The translations under genes and the position numbers were made by a program. Of a stretch of DNA of 39,142 nt, positions 1 through 7,276 are shown piece by piece; the first letter of the stretch is position 1, and the number at the start of each line of letters is the position of its first letter. The DNA comes from an uncultured Candidatus Saccharibacteria bacterium. GTDB taxonomy: Bacteria; Patescibacteriota; Minisyncoccia; Minisyncoccales; CAZJJV01. Location: assembly GCA_964546415.1 (NCBI GenBank), contig CAZJJV010000001.1, positions 1 through 39,142 of the forward strand, given 5' to 3'. A model generated the notes under the pieces. The model made no database searches and was not told the DNA's origin. It worked only from the letters and a program-made list of their open reading frames with translations.

Positions 1-252
1 GAGGGAGTAATGAAAGAAAGTTATTTGAAAATAATAAAAGAAGATTTATCTGAAGGTTTAGAAAGAATTAAGGTTCCTACCCTTATTATCTGGGGGCAAA
101 AAGATAAAATAAAAAAACTGAAAGAAGGGGTAGCGATTAATAAAAAAATAAAAGACTCGGTTTTAAAAATTATTCCTGGCACAGGACACAGCCCCCACCT
201 TGAGAAGCCGGAATTGTTAACAAGAGAAATTTTAGGCTTTTTAACCAAATAA
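1..252 (+). CDS. alpha/beta-fold hydrolase, C-terminal fragment (5' end outside the window)
   Basis: Frame 1 is open from base 1 to TAA at 250-252. The tail contains PTLIIWGQKDKI and IPGTGHSPHLEKPE, the conserved acid/His region at the C-terminus of alpha/beta hydrolases. Confidence 0.6.
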   Translation, partial: EGVMKESYLKIIKEDLSEGLERIKVPTLIIWGQKDKIKKLKEGVAINKKIKDSVLKIIPGTGHSPHLEKPELLTREILGFLTK

Positions 253-255
253 ATT

Positions 256-2004
256 ATGCCAGGCCTTATTGTTTTTTTAATTTGTATTTGGGGAATTACC
301 CAATTAAAAGCCATCCTTTTTTGGCTTTATCTTTGGCAACTAAAAGAATATCATATTGGTCGATTTAAAGCCCACTTTGAAACCTATAAAGGAAAAAGAA
401 TCTTTTTAAATCCTCTTTTTATTTTTAAGGTTCTTATCTTGCTTTATGCCTTCTTTTTAATTGTTTATCCTACCAAAGAACCCCTTCCTTGGTATTTTTA
501 TGGAGTCTGGGTTTTAGTTTTAATCCTTCTTTATTTGCTTGAAGATTTAAAAATTTTCTTAAGTTTTATTAAAAGAAGGTTAAAGGTTCCTGTCTTCACT
601 TCAAAAATTATTCTTTTGTTTTGGCTTAATTTAATCTTTTGGGGTGTTTTAGTTCTGTTAGTTTTTTTAAGATTTTCTCATCATTTGTTCTGGTTCGTTT
701 TTTGCCTTTTGCTTTTTGATATATTTTCTCCTCTTTTGGTTTCAGGAATTGTTTTGGGCTGCCAACCCTTTGTGGTGTGGTGGAGGAGGGGCGTAATTGA
801 AAAAGCCAAAAAAAAGAGAGAAAAATTTAAAAATTTAATTGTGGTAGGTATTACTGGTTCTTATGGAAAAAGTTCTACTAAAGAAATTTTGGCTACCATT
901 TTAGCAAAAAAATTTAAGGTTTTAAAAACAGAAAAGAACCAAAATAGTGAAATTGGGATTTCTCGCTGTATCTTAAACAATTTAAATGAAGACCATGAAG
1001 TATTTGTGGTAGAGATGGGAGCTTATAATAAAGGGGGAATAAAATTGCTTTGCGATATTACCAAACCCCAAATTGGTATTTTGACCGGCATTTGTCCTCA
1101 GCACCTTTCTACTTTTGGTTCTTTGGAGAACATTATTAACACCAAATATGAATTAATAGAATCTCTTCCTCCAATGGGTTTTTCAGTGTTTAATGGAGAC
1201 GATAAATATTGCAGCCAACTTTATCAAAAAACAGAAGGAATCTCTAAAAGAATTTGTTACAGTAAATTCTTGGCTGAAGCCGAGAAAGTAGTAAAAGGAG
1301 ATTATTGGGTGAGAGAAATAAAATCAGAGAGAAGTTCTTTAACCTTTGAAGTTTTTTCTCGCCGTTGGGGAGAAATTGTTCAATTTAAAGTAAACCTGCC
1401 TGGTTCGTATTGGGCCCAAAATATTTTAATGGCTGCTATTGTAGCCAAAGAAATTTTAGGAATGAGTTTGGAAGAAATTGCTAAAGCCTGCCAAGAATTA
1501 AAAGCCGAACAGTTGGGGGTTAGACTTTTGAGGGGGGTGAACAATACCTTCTTGATCTGTTCTACTTATTCTGCTAATCCTCAAGGAGTAATGGCTCATT
1601 TGGATTATTTAGATACCTTGCCTCATAAAAAAATTATTGTAATGCCTTGTTTGATTGAATTAGGTTCAGCTTCCAGAGTAATTCATTATGAGATTGGTAA
1701 GAGAATTGGCGAGGTTTGCGATTTATGTATAGTTACCACCCTAGACAGATTTGAAGAGATTGGTAGGGGAGCAAAGGAGGTAGGATTGCCGCCAGAAAAT
1801 ATTCTTTTTTCTGAAAACCCCAAAGAGATATTTGAAAAAATAAAATATTTTGCTGAAGAAGGTGACACAATTTTGTTGGAAGGAAGGGTGCCAAAAGGTT
1901 TGGTTCAAATATTAACAAAAAAGGAGGCACCCAAAGATGCCTCTTTACGAAAACCGAATAGTTTGGACAATGCCAAAAATGTACAGCAGGATTCCAACGG
2001 CTAG
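256..2004 (+). CDS. murF: MurF-like Mur ligase (UDP-MurNAc-tripeptide--D-Ala-D-Ala ligase family) with an N-terminal polytopic membrane domain of about 190 aa
   Basis: P-loop GITGSYGKSSTKE (codons from 847). MurF-type motifs follow: NQNSEIGISRCIL, VVEMGAYNKGGIKLLCDITKPQIGILTGICPQHLSTFGSLENI, FNGDD and GDTILLEGR. Residues 1-190 form about five hydrophobic helices instead of the usual soluble N-domain. Confidence 0.8.
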   Translation: MPGLIVFLICIWGITQLKAILFWLYLWQLKEYHIGRFKAHFETYKGKRIFLNPLFIFKVLILLYAFFLIVYPTKEPLPWYFYGVWVLVLILLYLLEDLKIFLSFIKRRLKVPVFTSKIILLFWLNLIFWGVLVLLVFLRFSHHLFWFVFCLLLFDIFSPLLVSGIVLGCQPFVVWWRRGVIEKAKKKREKFKNLIVVGITGSYGKSSTKEILATILAKKFKVLKTEKNQNSEIGISRCILNNLNEDHEVFVVEMGAYNKGGIKLLCDITKPQIGILTGICPQHLSTFGSLENIINTKYELIESLPPMGFSVFNGDDKYCSQLYQKTEGISKRICYSKFLAEAEKVVKGDYWVREIKSERSSLTFEVFSRRWGEIVQFKVNLPGSYWAQNILMAAIVAKEILGMSLEEIAKACQELKAEQLGVRLLRGVNNTFLICSTYSANPQGVMAHLDYLDTLPHKKIIVMPCLIELGSASRVIHYEIGKRIGEVCDLCIVTTLDRFEEIGRGAKEVGLPPENILFSENPKEIFEKIKYFAEEGDTILLEGRVPKGLVQILTKKEAPKDASLRKPNSLDNAKNVQQDSNG

Positions 2005-2121
2005 TAAACAAATTCCCAGATTGAATTTGGCTCCCAAAATTAAACAGCCCTCAATTATTAAAATTAATCCACAAACCGTCGCTGATAGCCCAAAAACAGC
2101 CCAAAAATGTTTATTTCTCAC
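1945..2121 (-). CDS. possible small (58 aa) two-helix membrane protein, GTG start
   Basis: Minus-strand ORF spans the otherwise non-coding 2005-2145 gap. AAGGAGGGG (complement of 2125-2133) lies 3 nt upstream of an in-frame GTG (2121-2119). The product RNKHFWAVFGLSATVCGLILIIEGCLILGAKFNLGICLLAVGILLYIFGIVQ is strongly hydrophobic. No family recognised, and it overlaps the murF-like tail by 60 nt. Confidence 0.3.
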   Translation of the reverse strand: MRNKHFWAVFGLSATVCGLILIIEGCLILGAKFNLGICLLAVGILLYIFGIVQTIRFS

Positions 2122-2145
2122 TGTCCCCTCCTTAATAAAAAATAA

Positions 2146-3450
2146 ATGTGCTTTTTTAAAGATACCATGATGTTTAAATTTTGTCAACAAATAAAACCCA
2201 TTTCAATTTCTTTGTCTCCAAATACCGAAAAAGACGATATTTTATTGGCTTTCAAATTACTTTTTCAACCCTGGAAATGGAAAAAAAGCAAAAAAGGTTT
2301 AGTAAGGGTTTTAGAGGAAGAGTTTAAAAAATATTTAAAAGTGAATTATGCTATCTCTTTTAATAGTGGAAGATCAGCCCTTTTGGCAATTTTAAACTCT
2401 CTTGGTCTTAAAAAAGGAGACGAAGTGTTGCTTCAGGCCTTTACTTGCAATGCCTTAGTTAATCCTATTTTATGGTCAGGCTTAAAACCTGTCTTTGTAG
2501 ATTGTGACAAAGAAGATTTTAATCTTGATGTTTCTGATCTAAAAAGAAAAATCGGTCCCAAAAGTAAGGTAGTGATTGTCCAGCACACCTTTGGTTTACC
2601 CGCTAAAATGAATGAGATTTTAAAAATTTGCCGAGATTTCAATTTAATTTTAATTGAAGATTGTGCCCACTCTTTGGGAGCCAAATATAAAGGAAAGCTG
2701 GTTGGCACAATGGGCGATGCTTCTTTTTTTAGTTTTTCCAGAGATAAGGTTATTTCTTCTGTTTATGGAGGAATGGCGGCTACCAACAATGAAGGGTTGG
2801 CCAAAAAGATTAAACAATATCAAAAAAAAGCAGGTTCTCCTTCTCTCTTTTGGATTTTTCAACAACTCTTACACCCTGTTTTGATGAATTGGTTGATTTT
2901 ACCCACCTATAAAATTTTAGGAAAATATCTTTTGGTTTTATTTCAAATCCTTAAAATTCTATCTAAGGCAGTCCATTGGAAAGAGAAAAGAGGAAAAAAA
3001 CCTCCTTATTTCCCCAAAAAAATGCCAGAGGCCTTAGCCTTGTTGGCTTTAAATCAGTTTAGAAAACTAGAAAGATTTAATTCCCACCGAAAAAAAATTG
3101 CCAACTTCTACTATCAAAACCTAAAAGATCTTTCTTTTAAATTACCGCCTCGTTTTCCAGGCAGAGAAAGTATTTATTTGAGATTTAGTATTGTGTCTTC
3201 TCAGGCGCGAGAAATTATTAAAAAAGCCTGGAAGAATAATCTTTTAATAGGGGATTGGTATGATAGCCCAATAGCTCCTCACGATACCAAATTAGAAAGA
3301 ATGCAATATTCTCTAGGCTCTTGCCCGGTTGCAGAGAAACTTTCTCAAACAACCTTTAATTTACCCACCCACATTAATATCTCTTTATCTGAAGCCCAAA
3401 AAATTATCAAATTTTTAAGGGCCCAAATTAAAAATTCCCAAAACCCTTAA
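2146..3450 (+). CDS. DegT/DnrJ/EryC1/StrS-family PLP-dependent sugar aminotransferase (start may be the ATG at 2167)
   Basis: SGRSALLAILNSLGLKKGDEVLLQAFTCNALVNPI, IIEDCAHSLGAKYKGK and FSFSRDKVISSVYGGMA (PLP-lysine context) are typical of the family. Confidence 0.8.
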   Translation: MCFFKDTMMFKFCQQIKPISISLSPNTEKDDILLAFKLLFQPWKWKKSKKGLVRVLEEEFKKYLKVNYAISFNSGRSALLAILNSLGLKKGDEVLLQAFTCNALVNPILWSGLKPVFVDCDKEDFNLDVSDLKRKIGPKSKVVIVQHTFGLPAKMNEILKICRDFNLILIEDCAHSLGAKYKGKLVGTMGDASFFSFSRDKVISSVYGGMAATNNEGLAKKIKQYQKKAGSPSLFWIFQQLLHPVLMNWLILPTYKILGKYLLVLFQILKILSKAVHWKEKRGKKPPYFPKKMPEALALLALNQFRKLERFNSHRKKIANFYYQNLKDLSFKLPPRFPGRESIYLRFSIVSSQAREIIKKAWKNNLLIGDWYDSPIAPHDTKLERMQYSLGSCPVAEKLSQTTFNLPTHINISLSEAQKIIKFLRAQIKNSQNP

Positions 3451-3504
3451 ATCAAGAAGCTCATACTCTTACAGAGGCTTGATTTATAGAAAGCCACGCA
3501 TTTC

Positions 3505-3547
3505 CAGGGGTCGGACCCCTGTAAAGCTGACAGAGGTCTGACCTCTG
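3505..3547. repeat. two tandem perfect 17-bp palindromes, CAGGGGTC-G-GACCCCTG (3505-3521) and CAGAGGTC-T-GACCTCTG (3531-3547)
   Basis: Read directly. The arms differ by G>A with the mirrored C>T, so pairing is preserved. A half-site copy ACAGAGG lies at 3471-3477. The second palindrome is followed by TTGGGTTTTGGGTTG. They sit in an unusually long 228-nt intergenic gap. Confidence 0.6.
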
Positions 3548-3678
3548 TTGGGTTTTGGGTTGAAGGTTCTTAACAAACGATGGTTAATGAGGTAAAATAG
3601 AGGCAGAAAAATTAAGGTTTAGACAAAAAATTCGTTTTGCTTTAGTGTAGCCCATCTTTTATTGTTTAAAAAGCCTTT

Positions 3679-4689
3679 ATGCCAAAAGAAGAAATTGTTG
3701 AAATAAAAAACAAAAAAGAGTGGGAGGCGTTTTTTTTAAATTTGAAAGAAAAAACCTTTTTACAATCTTGGAATTGGGGAGAATTTCAAAAATCAATGGG
3801 TAATAAAATTTGGAGACTGGGGGTGTTAGAAAATGGAAGATTGAAGGGGGTTTGCTTGGTGACCAAGGTAAAAGCAAAAAGGGGTACTTTTTTGCTTTCT
3901 CAACACCCTGTTTGCATTTCTCCTATTCTTTTGGAAAAACTAAAAGAAATTGGCAAAAAAGAAAAATGTTTATTTTTAAGAATAGCCCCTCTTTTAAAAA
4001 ACACAAAAGAAAACAAGGAATTCTTTAAAGATTTTGGTTTTAGAAAATCTCCTATCCACGCTAATGCTTATGAAGCTACCTGGAGACTAAATCTTTCTTT
4101 TTCAGAGGAAGACCTTTTAAAGAATATGCGAAAAACCACCCGCTATTTAATTCGGCGGGCACTCTCAGATTCTGATATTGAGGTTTTTCAAAGCCAGGAT
4201 TTAAAAGATGTAGAACCTTTTTACATTCTTTGCCAAGAAGTAGCCAAGAAACAAAAATTTGTCCCTTTTTCTTTGGAGTTTTTAAAAAAAGAATTTTCTG
4301 CTTTTTTACCAGACAATCAGGTTGCTTTGTTTTTTGCTAAATATAAAAAAGAAATTGCGGCAGGTGCTTTTTTGGTTTTTTGGTCAAATATTGGTTTTTA
4401 TCATCATGCTGCTCTATTACCAAAATTTCACAAGATCCCCCTTGCTTATTTGCTCCAATGGGAGGCAATTAAAGAGGCTAAAAAGAGGAATTGTCAATTT
4501 TATGATTTTTGGGGTTATGTGGATCCTAAAAAATATCCTAAACATCCTTGGGCTGGGCCCACCCTTTTTAAGATGGGTTTTGGGGGAGAGCCTCTTGAAT
4601 ATTTAAAGACTCAAGACCTACCTTTATCTAAAAGATATTATCTTGTTTTTCTTTTTGAAACATTGAGAAAGATAAAAAGGGGTTTATGA
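3679..4689 (+). CDS. FemAB-family aminoacyl-tRNA-dependent peptidoglycan bridge-forming transferase (FemX-like)
   Basis: FLQSWNWGEFQKSMG at the N-terminus, LFLRIAPLL, AAGAFLVFWSNIGFYHHAA, AYLLQWEAIKEAKKRNCQFYDFWG and FKMGFGGEP follow the FemX/FemAB layout. Confidence 0.75.
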   Translation: MPKEEIVEIKNKKEWEAFFLNLKEKTFLQSWNWGEFQKSMGNKIWRLGVLENGRLKGVCLVTKVKAKRGTFLLSQHPVCISPILLEKLKEIGKKEKCLFLRIAPLLKNTKENKEFFKDFGFRKSPIHANAYEATWRLNLSFSEEDLLKNMRKTTRYLIRRALSDSDIEVFQSQDLKDVEPFYILCQEVAKKQKFVPFSLEFLKKEFSAFLPDNQVALFFAKYKKEIAAGAFLVFWSNIGFYHHAALLPKFHKIPLAYLLQWEAIKEAKKRNCQFYDFWGYVDPKKYPKHPWAGPTLFKMGFGGEPLEYLKTQDLPLSKRYYLVFLFETLRKIKRGL

Positions 4690-5471
4690 GAAAATATAGA
4701 AGGTTTCGTCAGATAAGAAAAAAGAAATCTTTTTTAAAAAGTAAAATTTTCTGGTTTTCTTTTTTGGGGATAGCAATGGTGATTTTGATTTTTTATTTTT
4801 TGTTTTTCTTTCCCCATTTTCAAATAAAAGATTTTGAAATTTCTGGCAATCAAAAACTCTCTCTTAAACAAATTGAAAACATCTTAAAAGAAAAAACCCA
4901 AAGTAAGGTTTTGTTTTTCACTTCAAGAAGTATTTTTTTGACAGATCTTAAAGAAATTGAAAATGAATTTTTAAGAAGGTTTCCCCTAATAGAAACAATA
5001 AAACTAAAGAGAAGGTTGCCCCAGAAAATTTGGGTTCATATAAAAGAGAGGGAGCCTGTGGCTATTTTTTGCGACAAAGAAGGTTGCTTTTTAATGGATA
5101 AAAATGGGATTATTTTCGAAAAAACAGAAATGATGGATGATTTTTTAGTTTTTAAAAAAGAAATAAAGGCAAGGGTGGGGGAGGAGGTAATAGATCCTCA
5201 ACAAATTTCTTTGGTTTTTGAGATTAAGGAAAAACTGGAAAAAGAATTGGAGGTTTTTTCTAAAGAAATATTGATAAAATCTTTGGAAGATTTTTCTGTT
5301 GTTACCAAGGAGGGGTGGCAGATTTATTTTAGTTTTAAAGAAAACCTTTTTTGGCAATTAACCAAACTTAAGGTAGTTTTGGAGATGGAAATTCCTCCAG
5401 AAAAAAGGGAGAGTTTAGAATATATTGATCTGAGGTTTGGCAATTTCGCTCCCTATAAATATCGAGACTAA
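4686..5471 (+). CDS. ftsQ: cell division protein FtsQ/DivIB (N-terminal TM helix plus POTRA domain)
   Basis: ATGA overlap with the upstream gene. Basic N-terminus, one TM helix (FWFSFLGIAMVILIFYFLFFF), then FQIKDFEISGNQKLSLKQIENIL (POTRA start) and a C-terminal YIDLRF motif. Confidence 0.7.
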   Translation: MRKYRRFRQIRKKKSFLKSKIFWFSFLGIAMVILIFYFLFFFPHFQIKDFEISGNQKLSLKQIENILKEKTQSKVLFFTSRSIFLTDLKEIENEFLRRFPLIETIKLKRRLPQKIWVHIKEREPVAIFCDKEGCFLMDKNGIIFEKTEMMDDFLVFKKEIKARVGEEVIDPQQISLVFEIKEKLEKELEVFSKEILIKSLEDFSVVTKEGWQIYFSFKENLFWQLTKLKVVLEMEIPPEKRESLEYIDLRFGNFAPYKYRD

Positions 5472-7276
5472 TCAATATAGTAAACAAAAATTGAATAACC
5501 AATTTTGGCTACCGGGGGCTCATATTTTAAGAGCCAAAGATAATGTCCCCAAGGTTGATCAAAGCCAGGAACAGGTAACCCCCTTCCTCCTTGCAAGAAA
5601 GTGGCAGAAACCGCTAAATAATTACCTTTTTCAAATTCTTCTGGTTTTTTGGTTCCTGACCAAGGAAGGAATTTTTCTTTTAGATAAAATTTGGCATCTC
5701 CGCCCCCAAAATAATCAACATAAATTTTTTCTATCCCTTTTTTGTTCACCCATTTTTTTAATCTCTTTAAATCTTGCCCCCAATCTAAATTAGAATCAAC
5801 AGTGTAGAGATAAAGATGGTCTGGGCCTCCAATGATTTCATTGGCATAAGCAAGAAAATGAGGATAGATAGATAAGACAGAAATGGCCTGCCAGAGAAGC
5901 AAAAATCCCAATATCAGATATTTAATTTTTAAATAAGATTTTTTTAACCAATAGGTTGTACCCACACTTACTAAAATAAAAGTAAAAGGAAAAACGGGAA
6001 GCAGGTGCCTTACCCCAATGTTTAAATTAGATTTAATAGAGGTTGCCCAATAAATTATCAGCCACAAAAAGAGGGAAAAAGCCACAAAATGTTTTTTGAG
6101 ACATTCTTTTAATCTGGGGATGGTTTCCTTCCAAAATGGCCTCTTTACTAAATAAGCCAGATACAAAAGAACAATTAAGGTTAACAGGTGAAAGGCTAAT
6201 GGCTCTTTTATTATGTAAACGAAAGGGAAATAGGTTTTCCAGCCACTAGCTGAAACCTCTCCCAAAAAGTAGGTAGTGTGGCCCCCTGAAGCCCTCTGGA
6301 AGACCATTAACAGCCCCAATCCATAATGGGCCAAACTCCTTAATATTGGTTTGTCTGAAGCCCAAATAACAATTTCAGCTGGACAACGAGAAAGTTCTAA
6401 TAAAGAACCAAACTTTAGACAAGCCTTTTCAAGAGAGAGGGGTCCTCCAGAAAAAGAAGAAAGTAAAAATTTAGTGTCTCTTAACTGGCGTTGGGGAGGA
6501 TAGTTAAAGGTGTGGTAAAAATAGACCAACCAGACCACAATTAAATACAAAATTAAAACTGCCAGCAAAACCTTTATTATTTCTTTCCCTTTTCCTAATT
6601 TTAAAAGCCACCAAAAAAGGGAAACCAAAAAGAAAAAAGGAATCAATAATATTAAAGAAAATTTAAGAAGCTCTGCTATTCCCAAAGCAAATCCTGCCAA
6701 TAAAATATTCTTTTTGCTAGGAGATTTTAAGGCTTTTAGAAAATAAAAAGTAGCAAAAACCACCCCAAAAGCAGCCCCTACATCAGTGGTAACCAGTCTT
6801 CCATGAGCCAAAAAAGTAGGGGAGAAGGCAAAGAAGAAAAGGGCTAAAAGGGCGGCCCCTTTTCCGAAAAATTCTTTAGCGAATCTAAAAATGTAAAATC
6901 CCAAAAGACATAAAAGTAAAATCATTGGGATTCTAGCCCAAAAGATCATTTTTTCGGCAGGATTTCCCATATGATAAAGGAAGTGATAACCAAAACCCCA
7001 TTGGCCATTTATATCTTCTTGCCAATCTTTTATTTCGTAAGGAAACCTTATTTCCTGAATAAACAGTAAGGGAAAGGCGGCCAGGTCTTTAAGGAGGGGA
7101 GGGTGTTCAGGGTTTAGTCTCATGTCTTTTTGGGTTAAATAAGAATAGCCAGCTGGTAGGTGGGCCACCTCATCCATTGTAAGAGAATCGTCTTTCATTG
7201 AAAAAAGAGCCAAAATAAAAACCAATACCAAAAGACCTGCTATTATAAAATTGTATAGACACTTTTTAAAAGTCAT
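5468..7276 (-). CDS. polytopic membrane glycosyltransferase, GT39 / PMT_2 (ArnT-like, polyprenyl-phosphate-sugar dependent) family
   Basis: DEVAHLPAGYSYL...LNPEHPPLLKDLAAFPL near the N-terminus (the DE motif of GT-C enzymes), more than 10 hydrophobic segments and a soluble C-terminal domain. Confidence 0.7.
   Translation of the reverse strand: MTFKKCLYNFIIAGLLVLVFILALFSMKDDSLTMDEVAHLPAGYSYLTQKDMRLNPEHPPLLKDLAAFPLLFIQEIRFPYEIKDWQEDINGQWGFGYHFLYHMGNPAEKMIFWARIPMILLLCLLGFYIFRFAKEFFGKGAALLALFFFAFSPTFLAHGRLVTTDVGAAFGVVFATFYFLKALKSPSKKNILLAGFALGIAELLKFSLILLIPFFFLVSLFWWLLKLGKGKEIIKVLLAVLILYLIVVWLVYFYHTFNYPPQRQLRDTKFLLSSFSGGPLSLEKACLKFGSLLELSRCPAEIVIWASDKPILRSLAHYGLGLLMVFQRASGGHTTYFLGEVSASGWKTYFPFVYIIKEPLAFHLLTLIVLLYLAYLVKRPFWKETIPRLKECLKKHFVAFSLFLWLIIYWATSIKSNLNIGVRHLLPVFPFTFILVSVGTTYWLKKSYLKIKYLILGFLLLWQAISVLSIYPHFLAYANEIIGGPDHLYLYTVDSNLDWGQDLKRLKKWVNKKGIEKIYVDYFGGGDAKFYLKEKFLPWSGTKKPEEFEKGNYLAVSATFLQGGRGLPVPGFDQPWGHYLWLLKYEPPVAKIGYSIFVYYID

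Noticed and set aside
21-314. Numerous ORFs in the track that lie antisense to, or out of frame within, well-supported genes. Examples are 21-314(-), 1686-2011(-), 2433-2884, 5437-5793(+), 8051-8731, 10335-10535(-), 11561-11979(-), 26028-26243(+), 32478-33060, 34700-35864 and 38677-39089(-).
   Set aside because: Each is fully shadowed by a longer ORF with clear family motifs. Their translations are low-complexity with no recognisable motifs, which is typical of frame shadows.
3451-3678. Known structured RNA (SRP RNA, 6S, riboswitch) in the long spacer
   Set aside because: I found no conserved signature such as the SRP GGAA-containing helix 8 motif. Only the two palindromes are evident, and they are reported as an unassigned element.
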